DNA of 64,000 nt from Candidatus Micrarchaeota archaeon (lineage in GTDB: Archaea; Micrarchaeota; Micrarchaeia; Norongarragalinales; SBBD01), in contig JAHJQN010000003.1 of NCBI GenBank assembly GCA_018819225.1, positions 160,001 to 224,000 on the forward strand, given 5' to 3'. Below are positions 35,101 to 44,768 of the stretch, piece after piece. A program made the translations under genes and the position numbers. How positions within the stretch are numbered: position 1 is the stretch's first letter; each line of letters begins with the position of its first letter. Below the pieces are notes generated by a model. The model made no database searches. It was not told where the DNA came from and worked only from the letters and a program-made list of their open reading frames with translations.

Positions 35101-37734
35101 ACGTTTACGAGTGCGCAGTGCTCGCAAAGCATTGAACTGCCGATGCACGTGGAAGGAAGCCTGGGAATTGAAGTGAACCAGCCGGTCAAGGAAGCGTTAC
35201 CGAACCGGCAAACGTGTTTCGATTTCTCGGTCAGAAACCGGGGGGGAAACGAAGGCGTGGTCGTGCTCTCGTATACGGGAGACTATGACGCGTACTTCAA
35301 TACGCCGCAATTCCGCATTACGCCGCACGAAATCAGGGACCGCTTGGAATTCTGCGTCAACGTTCCGGATGGCGTCAGCGGACCGCACAGCTTCAATTTG
35401 CGGGCCAGCAGCCCTATCGCCGACGCGTACGGAGTCGTGCAAGTGGATGTGTTGGATTCGGGACAAATCGGAGTGGATGCGGGCGGTTGTTTCTATGCAA
35501 ACGCGGACGTACCCCGACCCATATCGATCACGAATGATGCGCAAGACGGGGATTACAGCGTGGAGTTGCAGTACAACGACATTGGCGCGCAGGTGACTCC
35601 TCCGTTCTTATACAATTTCAAGAAAGGAACCGAGCGAACGGTTTACTTGACCGTCAACCCGGATCAAATCGGGGTGTACGAGAAGCGCTTGCTGTTGGTT
35701 TTGAAAAAAGAAGGGAGAGTGATCGTGCAGGAAGATTTGTGCGTACTCGGAGATTATAGCTACGGGGGAGGGAACGGACGCGACGTGTACGACGGAGAAG
35801 CCACGCTGTTACAAAATAGTTTGCAACTTGAAAGAGGAAGAAGCGGCAGTACGACCATGACCGTGGAAAACACGGGCAGAATCGCGGACACGTTCCAGGT
35901 TGAAGTGGACGGATTGCAGGGCAGTGCTTCGCCGGATCGCATTCGATTGCGCCCAGGGGAAAGCGCGCAGACCTCGATTACGGTTCGTGCGAACGTGGCC
36001 CCGGGATCGTATACGGTACCGGTCAAGCTTTACTCGAGCCGCGGAGGAATATATTTTGAAGGATACTATCCGACGTACGACCCGTACTACGACGGCAATT
36101 ACGGTTATGGAAACGGTGCGGAAATTTATTGCGGTAACGGTCGGACCGTGACGGAAAACTGTCCGGGAAGTACCGGAAGCTGCACCGTGGAATGCGATTA
36201 CTCTGAAACGGGAACGAATACGGTTACCGGAAGGATTCGCGACGTGACGTGCGAGGAAACCAAAATTAAGGTGGTTCATGAAGACACGCGAACGTGTCAA
36301 ATCGGAATCGAGAGCTTTGCGCGTCCGGACGACCGCGTGTCCGTCGCCATCGAATACCGTAACTTGAACCAGGCCCCGACCGACAACGAAATCGAAGTCG
36401 ATTGCGGAAACGGGGATAGAGTGACGGCAACGGGATGCAGCGGCACCACGGGAAGTTGTGGAACCTCGTGCACGTACGAGGATGAAGGCGCGTACTTTGC
36501 GACTGCGGACACGGAAGTGGGTTGCGGGACGGCACGAATTCGCGTGGACGAAAAGGGAGAGTATTGCAGTTTGGATGCGGAACCGCTCGTGGTACGAGGA
36601 AGAAGCGCGGACATTGAATTGAATTACCGGGGAGTCGAGTACGGATACGGTGACGAGTATTATCCGCCCTACAACCCCTACTCGGACAACCGACGGCTGT
36701 TGGATACGGAAAACTTGCTCGTAACCGTAACCGGAGCAGGGTACAGCGGAACGCCGCTGCCCAACGGACCCATCGTGGAAATTTCAAGAATCGTGGTGCA
36801 AGAATTGCCGGAGAACGGAGCCGCGATCGTGAGTGCCACGCTCAAGAACTTAGTGGGACAGCCCGTACAAAACATCGCATTATTCGTGGATGAGCTGCCC
36901 GCGGGAGTCGTAGCAGAACAAGTCGCGCCCGTATCCCTTGCAGGATACCAAGAGCGCATCGTGCGATTCCGCTTGCAGAGCACGCAAGCCATTCCGGGAG
37001 GCTACCGACCGAGACTCCGCGTGCAGTACGGACAGACCTCGCACAGCGCCCCATTCAATTTGGAAGTGATTCCGGAAAGTGAGGTGTTGAACGCGACCCT
37101 GGAAGAAATCGAAGGCATTGAATGCCAAGCCGATGGCGTGCCGAATAACGTGCGCGTGCGGTTCAAGGCGACGAACGAGGAATCATTCGATATTGGAATC
37201 AGCGGGATCCTGAAAGATTTGCCGGAAGGCTGGACGTACCGCATCGGACCCGTTTACCAAATCATTCACCCTCAAGACGCGTTCACGTTCAATGCAACGA
37301 TCAACACCACGGGATACGAAGCCAAGGATTTGCCGATGGTATTGGAAGTGCGGCATCGCGACGGACGCAGAACCTCGCTGCCGTTCGACTTGAAACTGTC
37401 GCAATGCGGCGGAATGCCGTTCGCGGGCTTGATTACGTTGAACACGGACTTCAGCTTGTTCCAGTTGCTCGTGGTGCTGGCCGTGATTGCCATGGCCTTG
37501 CTGATTTACTACTCGGCACGACCCTCCGACGAAGAAAAAGAGGAGGAAAAACCGGCTGAAGAAGAAGGAAGGCAAGAGCACGAGAAAGGCGTGCGCCAGT
37601 TAACGCTGGAAAGCATCAAAGAGGAAGTTCGCGGGAGGCCTGAAGATGAATTCGGAGACCAAACGGTTGTTTCCGAGAGCGACGATGCACCGCTCGAGAT
37701 CAACGACGAACCGGAAAAATCCGCGGATTCCTGA
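32107..37734 (+). CDS. giant Cys-rich cell-surface protein (1,875 aa) with repeated PKD-like and Ig-like modules and C-terminal TM
   Basis: Signal peptide; 3x CGD..C...E...CA.DC; 7x CGNG module; Ig-like domains; TM LFQLLVVLAVIAMALLIYY; acidic tail. The start may be 32134. Confidence 0.85.
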   Translation: MKRGKKGDEMNYESLKKRLTRNRKKILASATLRLFVTLAILAVIAGNVNAYCGDMYCDPYYENQFTCAYDCAGIFFDPTPLPPYGGQYNGGGALCEVYAYDGYQGESVPVDVYYYGWDYPGSILVDCGNGRTATAYFMWGSYVAHTSCYYDLGGAYYVDAYSGGLYCPGNTVYIHDDYQDYGYCGDGVCDTYEWNGGTCAYDCGNGGDNDYSYCGDGVCDWGENELNCAEDCEPEVPVEPSCGLTASPGRITEGYWSVMTARYYDMEQAPNVISVDCGNGESATATGCSRTTGSCTASCYYPNARGEAYHPQANIGGTSCSPASVYVDEPYVPIYCSSNADCPDDGYVGLAYCLNGNAVKDYIDYTCVKPGEAGNACEHARAPQVIEECANGCSYGSCNEAPAEASCHIATHPSTIDEGQGSVVTVYYQDLAQAPNYVSLNCGNGEVKNVPGCSGTRGSCTSTCYYSSAGRYEVQASASGVSCAQGNIIVNEQQHLPSSYYGDGTYWLMVGDQAYGNNNYGVELTNVQANPHAQFNVLNPYGQVIGSISLPAFSGQEIPYAGNLRVSVEAVDAHQNSAVVTLQSPGVPTPSATPQPDPECALSAVPSHVQEGSSSSIIINYYNLNHAPYVVPVDCGNGRQANALNCLGTTGSCAASCFYPGEGSFTAVAIADGTACSTTSVEVSNVPVPTCNDGTRYGECSTNQPFYCDDGFLVKDAQVCGCPVGQEPEGNRCVDSMGYCSTSVNPYPVRANEPMQVLIRYNEFPEMPNNVRVVCGNGRVVQGSCAGTETSGTCTAQCTYEEQAGYPQTYTVDSILDGVRCESAQAKVTAPSDTTGTLLVKATDCGTGAALQSATVSISGHGDEFTDGYGQVQVELDPGQYQIIVDKEDYAGTQVSKRIELGKVSTAFVCLEKEDACEIKATLVSSPNIGDSRTPLQYEIRVDNEDETDSATIITRASSSFTLNVQPSSFTIPAGAAQLVSVQAYPPVDFTGNSVGIVTFTSAQCSQSIELPMHVEGSLGIEVNQPVKEALPNRQTCFDFSVRNRGGNEGVVVLSYTGDYDAYFNTPQFRITPHEIRDRLEFCVNVPDGVSGPHSFNLRASSPIADAYGVVQVDVLDSGQIGVDAGGCFYANADVPRPISITNDAQDGDYSVELQYNDIGAQVTPPFLYNFKKGTERTVYLTVNPDQIGVYEKRLLLVLKKEGRVIVQEDLCVLGDYSYGGGNGRDVYDGEATLLQNSLQLERGRSGSTTMTVENTGRIADTFQVEVDGLQGSASPDRIRLRPGESAQTSITVRANVAPGSYTVPVKLYSSRGGIYFEGYYPTYDPYYDGNYGYGNGAEIYCGNGRTVTENCPGSTGSCTVECDYSETGTNTVTGRIRDVTCEETKIKVVHEDTRTCQIGIESFARPDDRVSVAIEYRNLNQAPTDNEIEVDCGNGDRVTATGCSGTTGSCGTSCTYEDEGAYFATADTEVGCGTARIRVDEKGEYCSLDAEPLVVRGRSADIELNYRGVEYGYGDEYYPPYNPYSDNRRLLDTENLLVTVTGAGYSGTPLPNGPIVEISRIVVQELPENGAAIVSATLKNLVGQPVQNIALFVDELPAGVVAEQVAPVSLAGYQERIVRFRLQSTQAIPGGYRPRLRVQYGQTSHSAPFNLEVIPESEVLNATLEEIEGIECQADGVPNNVRVRFKATNEESFDIGISGILKDLPEGWTYRIGPVYQIIHPQDAFTFNATINTTGYEAKDLPMVLEVRHRDGRRTSLPFDLKLSQCGGMPFAGLITLNTDFSLFQLLVVLAVIAMALLIYYSARPSDEEKEEEKPAEEEGRQEHEKGVRQLTLESIKEEVRGRPEDEFGDQTVVSESDDAPLEINDEPEKSADS

Positions 37735-37748
37735 AGAGGAAAAACAGT

Positions 37749-39497
37749 ATGAGAATCGGTATCCTTCTTGCACTAGTCATTGCATCCGGAATGGTTGATG
37801 CGGTAACCGTTCTAATCGAGCCGGCGGAATGGAACGGGTGCGTGGGAGAGCAAGCCGTATTTCAAGGCCGGGTTCACAACCAACGATCCGTTCCCGAAGT
37901 CTACGAGTTGGAGATCGAATACCTTGAAAACTATTTTTCGGACTATATTACGACGCCCGTGTACGTACCCGCGGGACAAGAACGGGCATTTCAAGCCGCG
38001 ATAACGCCCGCATGCGGAACACCGATTGGCGCGTACAGCGTCAAAGCGGTTGCGGAAAGCACGGAACACGACCGGGGAAGCACGCAAGCGATCCTGCGAG
38101 TCAACGCGTGTCTGGAAATCCATGCGGATGCGAGCCCGAATGCCCGAACCGCATGCACAACGGAAAGCGCGTCTTATCCCATTACGATATCCAATCCTCA
38201 ATCCGAAACCGTCACCATTTACTTAAATGAGATGCATGGATTCGCGACCGCTTTCTCGGAAAACGAATTCGAGTTGCAGGCAGGCGAACAAAAAACGGTG
38301 AACGCGCGCGTGACCGTACCCGAGCTGGCCGGAAATTACGACGTGGAAATAAAGGCCGTGGGAACCGCCGCGTGCATGCAAGCGGAAAAAACCGTTCCAT
38401 TGACGTTAATGGCCCAGAATTGCTTCCCGGAACCGACGTTCGCCCCCGCGCCGTATCCTACGCATCGTCCAACGTACGAGCCGCGGCCCACGCACGAGCC
38501 AACGAGTACGCCGACTCCGATACCGAGAGCGACCCCCACGGGACGACCGGCTTGCGTATACGACTGGGATTGCCCGTCGTATAATTGCAATGAAGCGTTG
38601 GGAGTCTGCGAAACGGAACCGAGCGTTTCTCCGCGTGCCTCCGGCACGCCAAGTCCCCAGCCGACCCCCGCACCGACCGTGACCGCGACGCCAACGCCTA
38701 CAACAGAACCCACGAATACGCCAACACCCGAACCGTCCATGGGGCCTACGCCGACTCCCTGGATTCGTCCGGCATGCGAATTCGATTGGGATTGCGTTTC
38801 AAATAATTGCAATGAAGCACTCGGGGTATGCGAATCCATTGGATCAGCAAGCGATTCGCCCGTACCAGAGTATCAGATCGAAAGCGCGGCCCCCGAACGC
38901 GTTCAAGTCTGCGAGTTTGGTGCCGCGTTCGTGAGATGGAAACTGTTCAACCGAGGATTTGAAGATGTTTTGAAGCTCGCCATCGTATCCGAGGATATGG
39001 AAACGGAAATGGATAAAGAGCTCGTGGAACTCAAAGAATCTGAAGAAGCAACCATCGGAATCCAGATCCGCGCGCCCGCTCAAGGAGAGTACGAAATGAA
39101 ATTATTTGCGGAAAGCCAAAGTACGGGAGTGGCTTCGCGCAACGTCGTACATACGGAAGTCCTATCGAAAGAGGATGAGCGTTGCCGGGCGCACGGAACC
39201 GAAGCACCTGAAGAAGAACGCGAGGAAGAACACAAGGAGGAGCATGCGGAAGAAGAGAGTGAGGAAGTTCGCGGAGGAACCGCATTGTTCGTGGCTTCGT
39301 TTTCAAAAACCGCGCCCCTCGTTATCATTATCTTGATTATTGCGGTGGCGTTATACGTCGCGTTAAAGGAATACCGACGTCGAAACCGCTCACCACACCC
39401 CATTAAAGACCCGGAAGAGGGAACGCCGACTGCCGTGGATGAACTCGAGGAAGGAAAAGGGGATGGGAAAAAAACAGAGGACGGCAAAACCATTTAA
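37749..39497 (+). CDS. cell-surface protein with Ig-like domains, Pro/Thr-rich linkers, two Cys minidomains and C-terminal TM
   Basis: Signal peptide; PTPTP tracts; duplicated RPAC.(Y/F)DWDC.S.NCNEALGVCE. Confidence 0.85.
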   Translation: MRIGILLALVIASGMVDAVTVLIEPAEWNGCVGEQAVFQGRVHNQRSVPEVYELEIEYLENYFSDYITTPVYVPAGQERAFQAAITPACGTPIGAYSVKAVAESTEHDRGSTQAILRVNACLEIHADASPNARTACTTESASYPITISNPQSETVTIYLNEMHGFATAFSENEFELQAGEQKTVNARVTVPELAGNYDVEIKAVGTAACMQAEKTVPLTLMAQNCFPEPTFAPAPYPTHRPTYEPRPTHEPTSTPTPIPRATPTGRPACVYDWDCPSYNCNEALGVCETEPSVSPRASGTPSPQPTPAPTVTATPTPTTEPTNTPTPEPSMGPTPTPWIRPACEFDWDCVSNNCNEALGVCESIGSASDSPVPEYQIESAAPERVQVCEFGAAFVRWKLFNRGFEDVLKLAIVSEDMETEMDKELVELKESEEATIGIQIRAPAQGEYEMKLFAESQSTGVASRNVVHTEVLSKEDERCRAHGTEAPEEEREEEHKEEHAEEESEEVRGGTALFVASFSKTAPLVIIILIIAVALYVALKEYRRRNRSPHPIKDPEEGTPTAVDELEEGKGDGKKTEDGKTI

Positions 39498-39522
39498 AGA
39501 ACAATCGCGTAGTCCACTGCGT

Positions 39523-40101
39523 ATGAAAGGCAATCTGGCGCTCATGCTGATCGTCTACATGACCGGCATCGTCGTGCTCATCGGAGCCGGATATTATTAC
39601 ATGAAAGGCGCGTCGCCCGAGATACCGGATTTCCAGAATATGACGGGACAGCCGACGTTCAGCGCCGTCTCTCCAACCGACGTGTTCGGGATTTCAACGG
39701 GCACTCCAACCCCGGATGCCGGAACACCGACTCCCAACGTATTTTGTGAAGACGGGACCGCTCTCGGAGAATGCAACGAGGATTTGCGGCAATGCCGAGA
39801 AACCGGGAACGGCGTCGCGTTGGAAGTGGATTGTGAAGCATGCGGTTGCTGGGAAGGCGAGCGCTGCCACCCCATTACCCGGGGATGTTACAAGGGATGC
39901 GCGGACGGAACGCTACTCGAAGACTGCTCGTTGTCAACGGACAAGTACTATTGCAATCCCGACGGAGAGCTCGTGCTGAACGGATCCGAATGCGGTTGCC
40001 CGAGAGGGTATCAATACGATCCGTACGGAAGCGGACCGGATACCGTCAACGATTGCACGCGAACGTGCCGCTTCGGAATCGATTGCGAGGAAGGAAGATG
40101 A
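39523..40101 (+). CDS. N-terminally anchored Cys-rich protein
   Basis: TM helix followed by two C.DGT....C...C...CGC modules. Confidence 0.75.
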   Translation: MKGNLALMLIVYMTGIVVLIGAGYYYMKGASPEIPDFQNMTGQPTFSAVSPTDVFGISTGTPTPDAGTPTPNVFCEDGTALGECNEDLRQCRETGNGVALEVDCEACGCWEGERCHPITRGCYKGCADGTLLEDCSLSTDKYYCNPDGELVLNGSECGCPRGYQYDPYGSGPDTVNDCTRTCRFGIDCEEGR

Positions 40102-40604
40102 GCATGCTATCCCGAACCGAAATCCTGCAAGCCATCCGGAAAAAAGAAATACGCGTGACGCCGTTTCGAAAAGAAAACGTGGGACCGTGCAGCATCGACT
40201 TGACGCTCGGGAACGAGTTTAAAGTCTTCGAGCCAAAAAGCCTGCGCGTCGAGGAAAAGGCGGAATATAAGGGAAAACGGGTGGTCTTGAAGAAAGGCGA
40301 ATGCATGGAATTACCACCGCACGAATTTGTTTTGGGGATTACGAAGGAGACCTTGAAGCTATCCCATTCGCTCGCCGGACGCATTACGGGAAGAAGCCGG
40401 TTCGCACGCATGGGGCTCATGGTGCACGTATCATCGAGCTTGATTCAACCCGGCGTGGACAACGTGCAAGTCCTTGAAATCGTCAACGTTTCCCCTGGAA
40501 CGTTGTACGTGATTCCCGGGGTACGCGTGTGTCAAGTCACGTTCCATCGACTGGGAATCCCTGCAGAATATCGGGGAAGGTACCGCTTCCAGCGCGCGCC
40601 GTAA
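40098..40604 (+). CDS. dcd: dCTP deaminase
   Basis: PCSIDLTLG, GRSRFARMGL, IQPG...LEI.N, CQVTF, Y.GRY..Q. Confidence 0.9.
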   Translation: MSMLSRTEILQAIRKKEIRVTPFRKENVGPCSIDLTLGNEFKVFEPKSLRVEEKAEYKGKRVVLKKGECMELPPHEFVLGITKETLKLSHSLAGRITGRSRFARMGLMVHVSSSLIQPGVDNVQVLEIVNVSPGTLYVIPGVRVCQVTFHRLGIPAEYRGRYRFQRAP

Positions 40605-40611
40605 TTTTCCG

Positions 40612-41697
40612 TCAACGATTACGGGATTGCACGAACAGGAGGGCCGCCGCCTCCACGAAAGTTTTCGCGGAATTCGCGTTCGAGAAATCCGAGGTCTGCA
40701 GGACGAAGGAGATGGCGGAGACGCTTTCGCCGACTCGCTCCACGGAAAATGACACGGACGATCCGGCCAGCCATTCCGGCTTTCGGCGGGCGAGTTGGCG
40801 CTCAAGAAATTGCGAGAACTGTTCGGGCCGGAAACGTCTAGGCAATTCGACGGTCACGGAAACGGCGGCCGGTCTCCCTTTGACGCCGACGACGGTAATG
40901 CGCTGCTTGGCAAACTCCGAATTAGACATGACCACTTGCCTACCGTCCGAGTCCACGAATTCGCTGGAACGAAATCCGATGCGCTTGAGCTGGACCACAT
41001 CTCCGTTGACGAACCGGAGGTAATCCCCATACCGGACATGACGGTCAAGCTGGAGGGCTAGGCCCGCGAAAAAGTTGGCCAGTGTCTCCTGGGAGGCCAG
41101 ACCCAGTACGAGGACAATGACCCCCGTCATCGTCAGAAGGCCGGAGATGTCGAGTCCCAGCGTGCCCATGGCAATGAGGACGCCGAAAAAAAGAATGGTG
41201 ACCTTCAATATCTTTCGCAGCAAAGGAAGAAAAGAGGTGTCGATCCCGCGCGGGTATTTCCGGGCTCCCTCCTCGTAATACCAGCGAAGGAACGCACCCA
41301 TGATGTTGGAAAGAAGGAAGGAGACCAAGAGAATGCCGACGGCCAAACTATATCGGGCGATCCAGTCGGAGACCTCGAAAAGATGGGTCAGATACGATGA
41401 AGAAAGATACGTGAGGAAGACGATGACACTGAGCTCGAGGGGTCCTTCGCACGATGCGATAATGCGGTCGTCCAGAGTGGTTTTCGTGCGTTCCGTAAAC
41501 GACTTGGCAATACGTAAGAAGATGATGAAGAGAATCTTTCCCAATACCCAAGAAACGGCGATCGAGAAAGCGAGCTCAAGAACGACGAGTACGGACGCTG
41601 GAACACCGGAGATCATAGGCAGCCACCAAAGGCAGTACGTACTTAAGGAGTATATGAATAAAAGAGGTGCGGAAAAAGCCGTTGGCGGTTCACGCAT
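40612..41697 (-). CDS. small-conductance mechanosensitive channel
   Basis: LGLASQETLANFFAG...YGD...IGFRS. Confidence 0.85.
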   Translation of the reverse strand: MREPPTAFSAPLLFIYSLSTYCLWWLPMISGVPASVLVVLELAFSIAVSWVLGKILFIIFLRIAKSFTERTKTTLDDRIIASCEGPLELSVIVFLTYLSSSYLTHLFEVSDWIARYSLAVGILLVSFLLSNIMGAFLRWYYEEGARKYPRGIDTSFLPLLRKILKVTILFFGVLIAMGTLGLDISGLLTMTGVIVLVLGLASQETLANFFAGLALQLDRHVRYGDYLRFVNGDVVQLKRIGFRSSEFVDSDGRQVVMSNSEFAKQRITVVGVKGRPAAVSVTVELPRRFRPEQFSQFLERQLARRKPEWLAGSSVSFSVERVGESVSAISFVLQTSDFSNANSAKTFVEAAALLFVQSRNR

Positions 41698-43186
41698 GAA
41701 CCGGATCAGAACGCAGTTGGCTAGCTATGATTTGTTGGCATGCAAGCAGGAACGCGGACTCGTTTTCAGCCGAGGAGGAAAAGGACGCGCCCGCCGCAAT
41801 CGAATGCCCGCCGCCATAGCCGTTCACTTTCAAAGAAGCGTTTTGCATGACGCGACCGAGGTGAATTCCTTTCTCGATCAAGGGTTTGGACGCGCGCGAA
41901 GAGACTTTGACGAGGCCGTTATCATCCATACTGAACGCAATCACGGGCTTGACCTGTTTGACGGCACCCGAATTAAAGAAGGCGCCGGCCACCGTGCCGA
42001 TCACGGAATCCGGGATATGCGAACGCGCGTCCAAAAAATAGAATGCGCCCATGTCCTCTGCATGGCGTCTGGCAAAGGAAATCCCCTTCCGGATGGCGAG
42101 CCGGTGCTGTCGAAGCATGCGCTTGGCTTCCTCGAACACGGAACGATTTCCGGACGCCAAAGCCACGCCTAAATCCGGTCGGTCGTGACGGCCGCACGCA
42201 TTTAACAGCGTCGAAAACTCATAGGCGTCGAACAACTCGCTCGCGGAATCCTCGTCCGGAAACAAATAAACCGGACCCAACAACGATTTGAGTTCTTTCT
42301 CGGGAACGCCGCGCCCCGCACCGTACGCGATCAACGCGCCTCGGAGAGTAAAACGCTGTTCATGCGAGAGATCGTTGTACCGAAGCCACCTGCGCTCGCC
42401 ATTCCGGGATTCCACGAACGGAATGCCGTGTCGGAAGAGAAACAATGCGGACTGTTTGTCGGAACCGGAAAGGCCGGGAAGAAGGGGTTCCGAACAAAAA
42501 CTGATAAACGACACGAGGCCGCGCGAAACGCGACCGAAAATACGCAAGTCATTCTCGACGCGAACCACACCGAGCTTCTGCGCTTGTTGAAGCAACAAAC
42601 GGTTCGCGCCCACCAAGCCTTCGCGATCCTGCACGTCTCCCACGGCGCCGACGAGAGCGGATTGAGCCATGTGCTTGGCGGCTGCCACGGGAACATGAGC
42701 ACTAAACGCAAAAAAAGCAGTGGAAGCCGAGCAGGCGTCATGAGCGCCATCCATGCCGAACCGATGCGGGTTTACGAGATGCAATGAATCCGGGAGCGCG
42801 TCTTCCTCCGGAGGATGATGGTCCAGAATGGCAACCATCTTAGGGGCGAGCGCAATACGCGCCAAATCCTTGAGAAAGCCCGCGGATAAATCACAGATTA
42901 ACAGGCAAGGCTCCGGCGCCTCCGAAAGAGTGCGGATCGCGTTCGGATCCATCTTCTTCAGCGCCACGGTTCGAAACAAAACCTTTTTTTCCGTTAATGC
43001 CCGGTGACAGATCCCGGCAGCCGAAAGGCCGTCGGCATCAAAATGGTGGACCAAGACAACAGAGGACTGGCGCAACACGCGCTCCCCCACTTCCGAAGCG
43101 TATTTCCGGAATGCCCGAAGCTGTTGCTGACTCACCGTCTCTTTTTGAACGAGACTGCTGGCCGGCGCAAAATCCGAGAATTCCAT
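41690..43186 (-). CDS. RecJ-like DHH phosphoesterase
   Basis: HFDADGL, LDHH, GAVGD, STLLNACGR, GGGHSIAAG. Confidence 0.92.
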   Translation of the reverse strand: MEFSDFAPASSLVQKETVSQQQLRAFRKYASEVGERVLRQSSVVLVHHFDADGLSAAGICHRALTEKKVLFRTVALKKMDPNAIRTLSEAPEPCLLICDLSAGFLKDLARIALAPKMVAILDHHPPEEDALPDSLHLVNPHRFGMDGAHDACSASTAFFAFSAHVPVAAAKHMAQSALVGAVGDVQDREGLVGANRLLLQQAQKLGVVRVENDLRIFGRVSRGLVSFISFCSEPLLPGLSGSDKQSALFLFRHGIPFVESRNGERRWLRYNDLSHEQRFTLRGALIAYGAGRGVPEKELKSLLGPVYLFPDEDSASELFDAYEFSTLLNACGRHDRPDLGVALASGNRSVFEEAKRMLRQHRLAIRKGISFARRHAEDMGAFYFLDARSHIPDSVIGTVAGAFFNSGAVKQVKPVIAFSMDDNGLVKVSSRASKPLIEKGIHLGRVMQNASLKVNGYGGGHSIAAGASFSSSAENESAFLLACQQIIASQLRSDPVHA

Positions 43187-43297
43187 CAACGAAAGAATAC
43201 GCGGACAAGAATTATTAACGGAACCGGAACCGTACGGCCAACGCATGGAGGCAACGTTAATAAAAGCGCGCCGCGTGCAAGGAGCGGGGTGCGAAAC

Positions 43298-44377
43298 ATG
43301 CGAATAGAGACGGCCGTTTGTGTCGAAGAAAACGAATCCCTCAGTAAAGCCATCGGATACCTGAAGGAAACCGATTTCCTGATCATGACGCGGAAAGGAA
43401 AATACGCCGGAGAAATCACGGCGAACCAGCTCGTATGGTACACGGGAGATGCCCGCGCCACGAAAGCGGCCACCGTTGCCCGAAAAGGGACGGTGATGTA
43501 CGAACCATTAAACGACGACCATATTCTGCAGAAATTTGCCGAAGGACGAATCGAAGGAGCCGCCGTATTGGACGAGAGGATGCGCGTCAGGGGCATATTG
43601 AATAAAAAGAACATTCTGGAACTTGCGGAATCCTACGCCGAACTTAAAACGAGTAAGGTACGGGACGTGATGACGCCCGCGTACACGATTGACAAAGACA
43701 GCACGATCGATCAGGCGAATCGGCTCATGACGAGGAACCGGCTCCAACAACTCGTGGTCACCGAAGGAAAAAAAGCGGTTGGAAAATTCTCCGAACTCGA
43801 CATGGTGCGAAACGTCAAGCCGTACCTGCATCAATCCGATCGCTCGCGTACCGTCCGAGCCAAGATGGACGTGGAAAAGGAGCGCGTTCAGAACGTGATG
43901 AGCGCGCTCGAAGACACGGATTACATCGCGGCCACGGATTCGCTCGCCGAAGCCGCCGAAAAACTGAGAATGCGAAACGAGTGCATCCCATTAATCGTTA
44001 TCGACCAGGGGAAACTCAAGGGCCTGATCGGTTTCCACGAAGTCATTCAGATGCTGGCGCCGCGACCCGAATCGAAAGTGACCATCGTGGGCCTTAAAGA
44101 AGAAGGCAAATTTTCGAAGCGATCCATCGAGGAAGAAGCCCGGAAATTATTGAAGCGCGTCGGCGGGGAAGGCCACGTGCAGCTCCACGTGAAAAGCAAA
44201 CGCAAAGGGAAACATCGCAAAGAGTATGAGGTCGCGGGTCGCTTGCGCGTCGACGGGGAAGAGGTATATGCGAATCCCTCGCGCTTGAAACACCGGAACT
44301 ACGGCGATTTGCACCAGGGAATCAAAGACGCGTTAGACGCGCTGCAGAGAATCTGGGAACGGCGCATCCGGAAATGA
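43298..44377 (+). CDS. CBS-domain protein with C-terminal HPF-like domain (candidate ribosome hibernation factor)
   Basis: Four CBS repeats (VRDVMTP, VQNVMS); basic C-terminal beta-alpha-beta-beta-beta-alpha pattern ending DLHQGIKDALDALQR. Confidence 0.7.
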   Translation: MRIETAVCVEENESLSKAIGYLKETDFLIMTRKGKYAGEITANQLVWYTGDARATKAATVARKGTVMYEPLNDDHILQKFAEGRIEGAAVLDERMRVRGILNKKNILELAESYAELKTSKVRDVMTPAYTIDKDSTIDQANRLMTRNRLQQLVVTEGKKAVGKFSELDMVRNVKPYLHQSDRSRTVRAKMDVEKERVQNVMSALEDTDYIAATDSLAEAAEKLRMRNECIPLIVIDQGKLKGLIGFHEVIQMLAPRPESKVTIVGLKEEGKFSKRSIEEEARKLLKRVGGEGHVQLHVKSKRKGKHRKEYEVAGRLRVDGEEVYANPSRLKHRNYGDLHQGIKDALDALQRIWERRIRK

Positions 44378-44704
44378 TTAGTTCTTCCGAAGGGCGAGCA
44401 CCAGCGCCCACGAACGCTCGAAACCGAACACGTCGGTCAACGAGACCAACGCATCGAAGACTCGGGTTCGGCCGCGCTGCTTCTCGCGTTTCAGAAGCGA
44501 ATCGACGGCCGCATTCAGTTCCTCTGCAAAATCGTCGGCATCCGGTTGAGTCGGGCCCACGAAGGCCAGCACGTGATCGTGCAGCTTGACGGAACGGCCA
44601 TCCATATTGAACAGTTCCCACTCGCGGTCATCCAGCGCCTCGACCGGACCGGAATAGACTTGCCGAAAGCCAAGGCGCTTGAGCTCTTCTTTCAAGGTGT
44701 GCAT
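44378..44704 (-). CDS. hypothetical protein
   Basis: ORF from MHTLKEEL; divergent promoter region with galT. Confidence 0.55.
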   Translation of the reverse strand: MHTLKEELKRLGFRQVYSGPVEALDDREWELFNMDGRSVKLHDHVLAFVGPTQPDADDFAEELNAAVDSLLKREKQRGRTRVFDALVSLTDVFGFERSWALVLALRKN

Positions 44705-44768
44705 GAGACAACGAAAGCGATTAATGAAAATATCTTTATAAACGCTTGTCGGATAAAGGAATGAGTCC

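Noticed and set aside
32640-38835. DGR template/variable repeat pairs (32644 vs 32734; ~38550 vs ~38770)
   Set aside because: Differences are not adenine-specific, both copies are in-frame protein repeats, and no reverse transcriptase is present.
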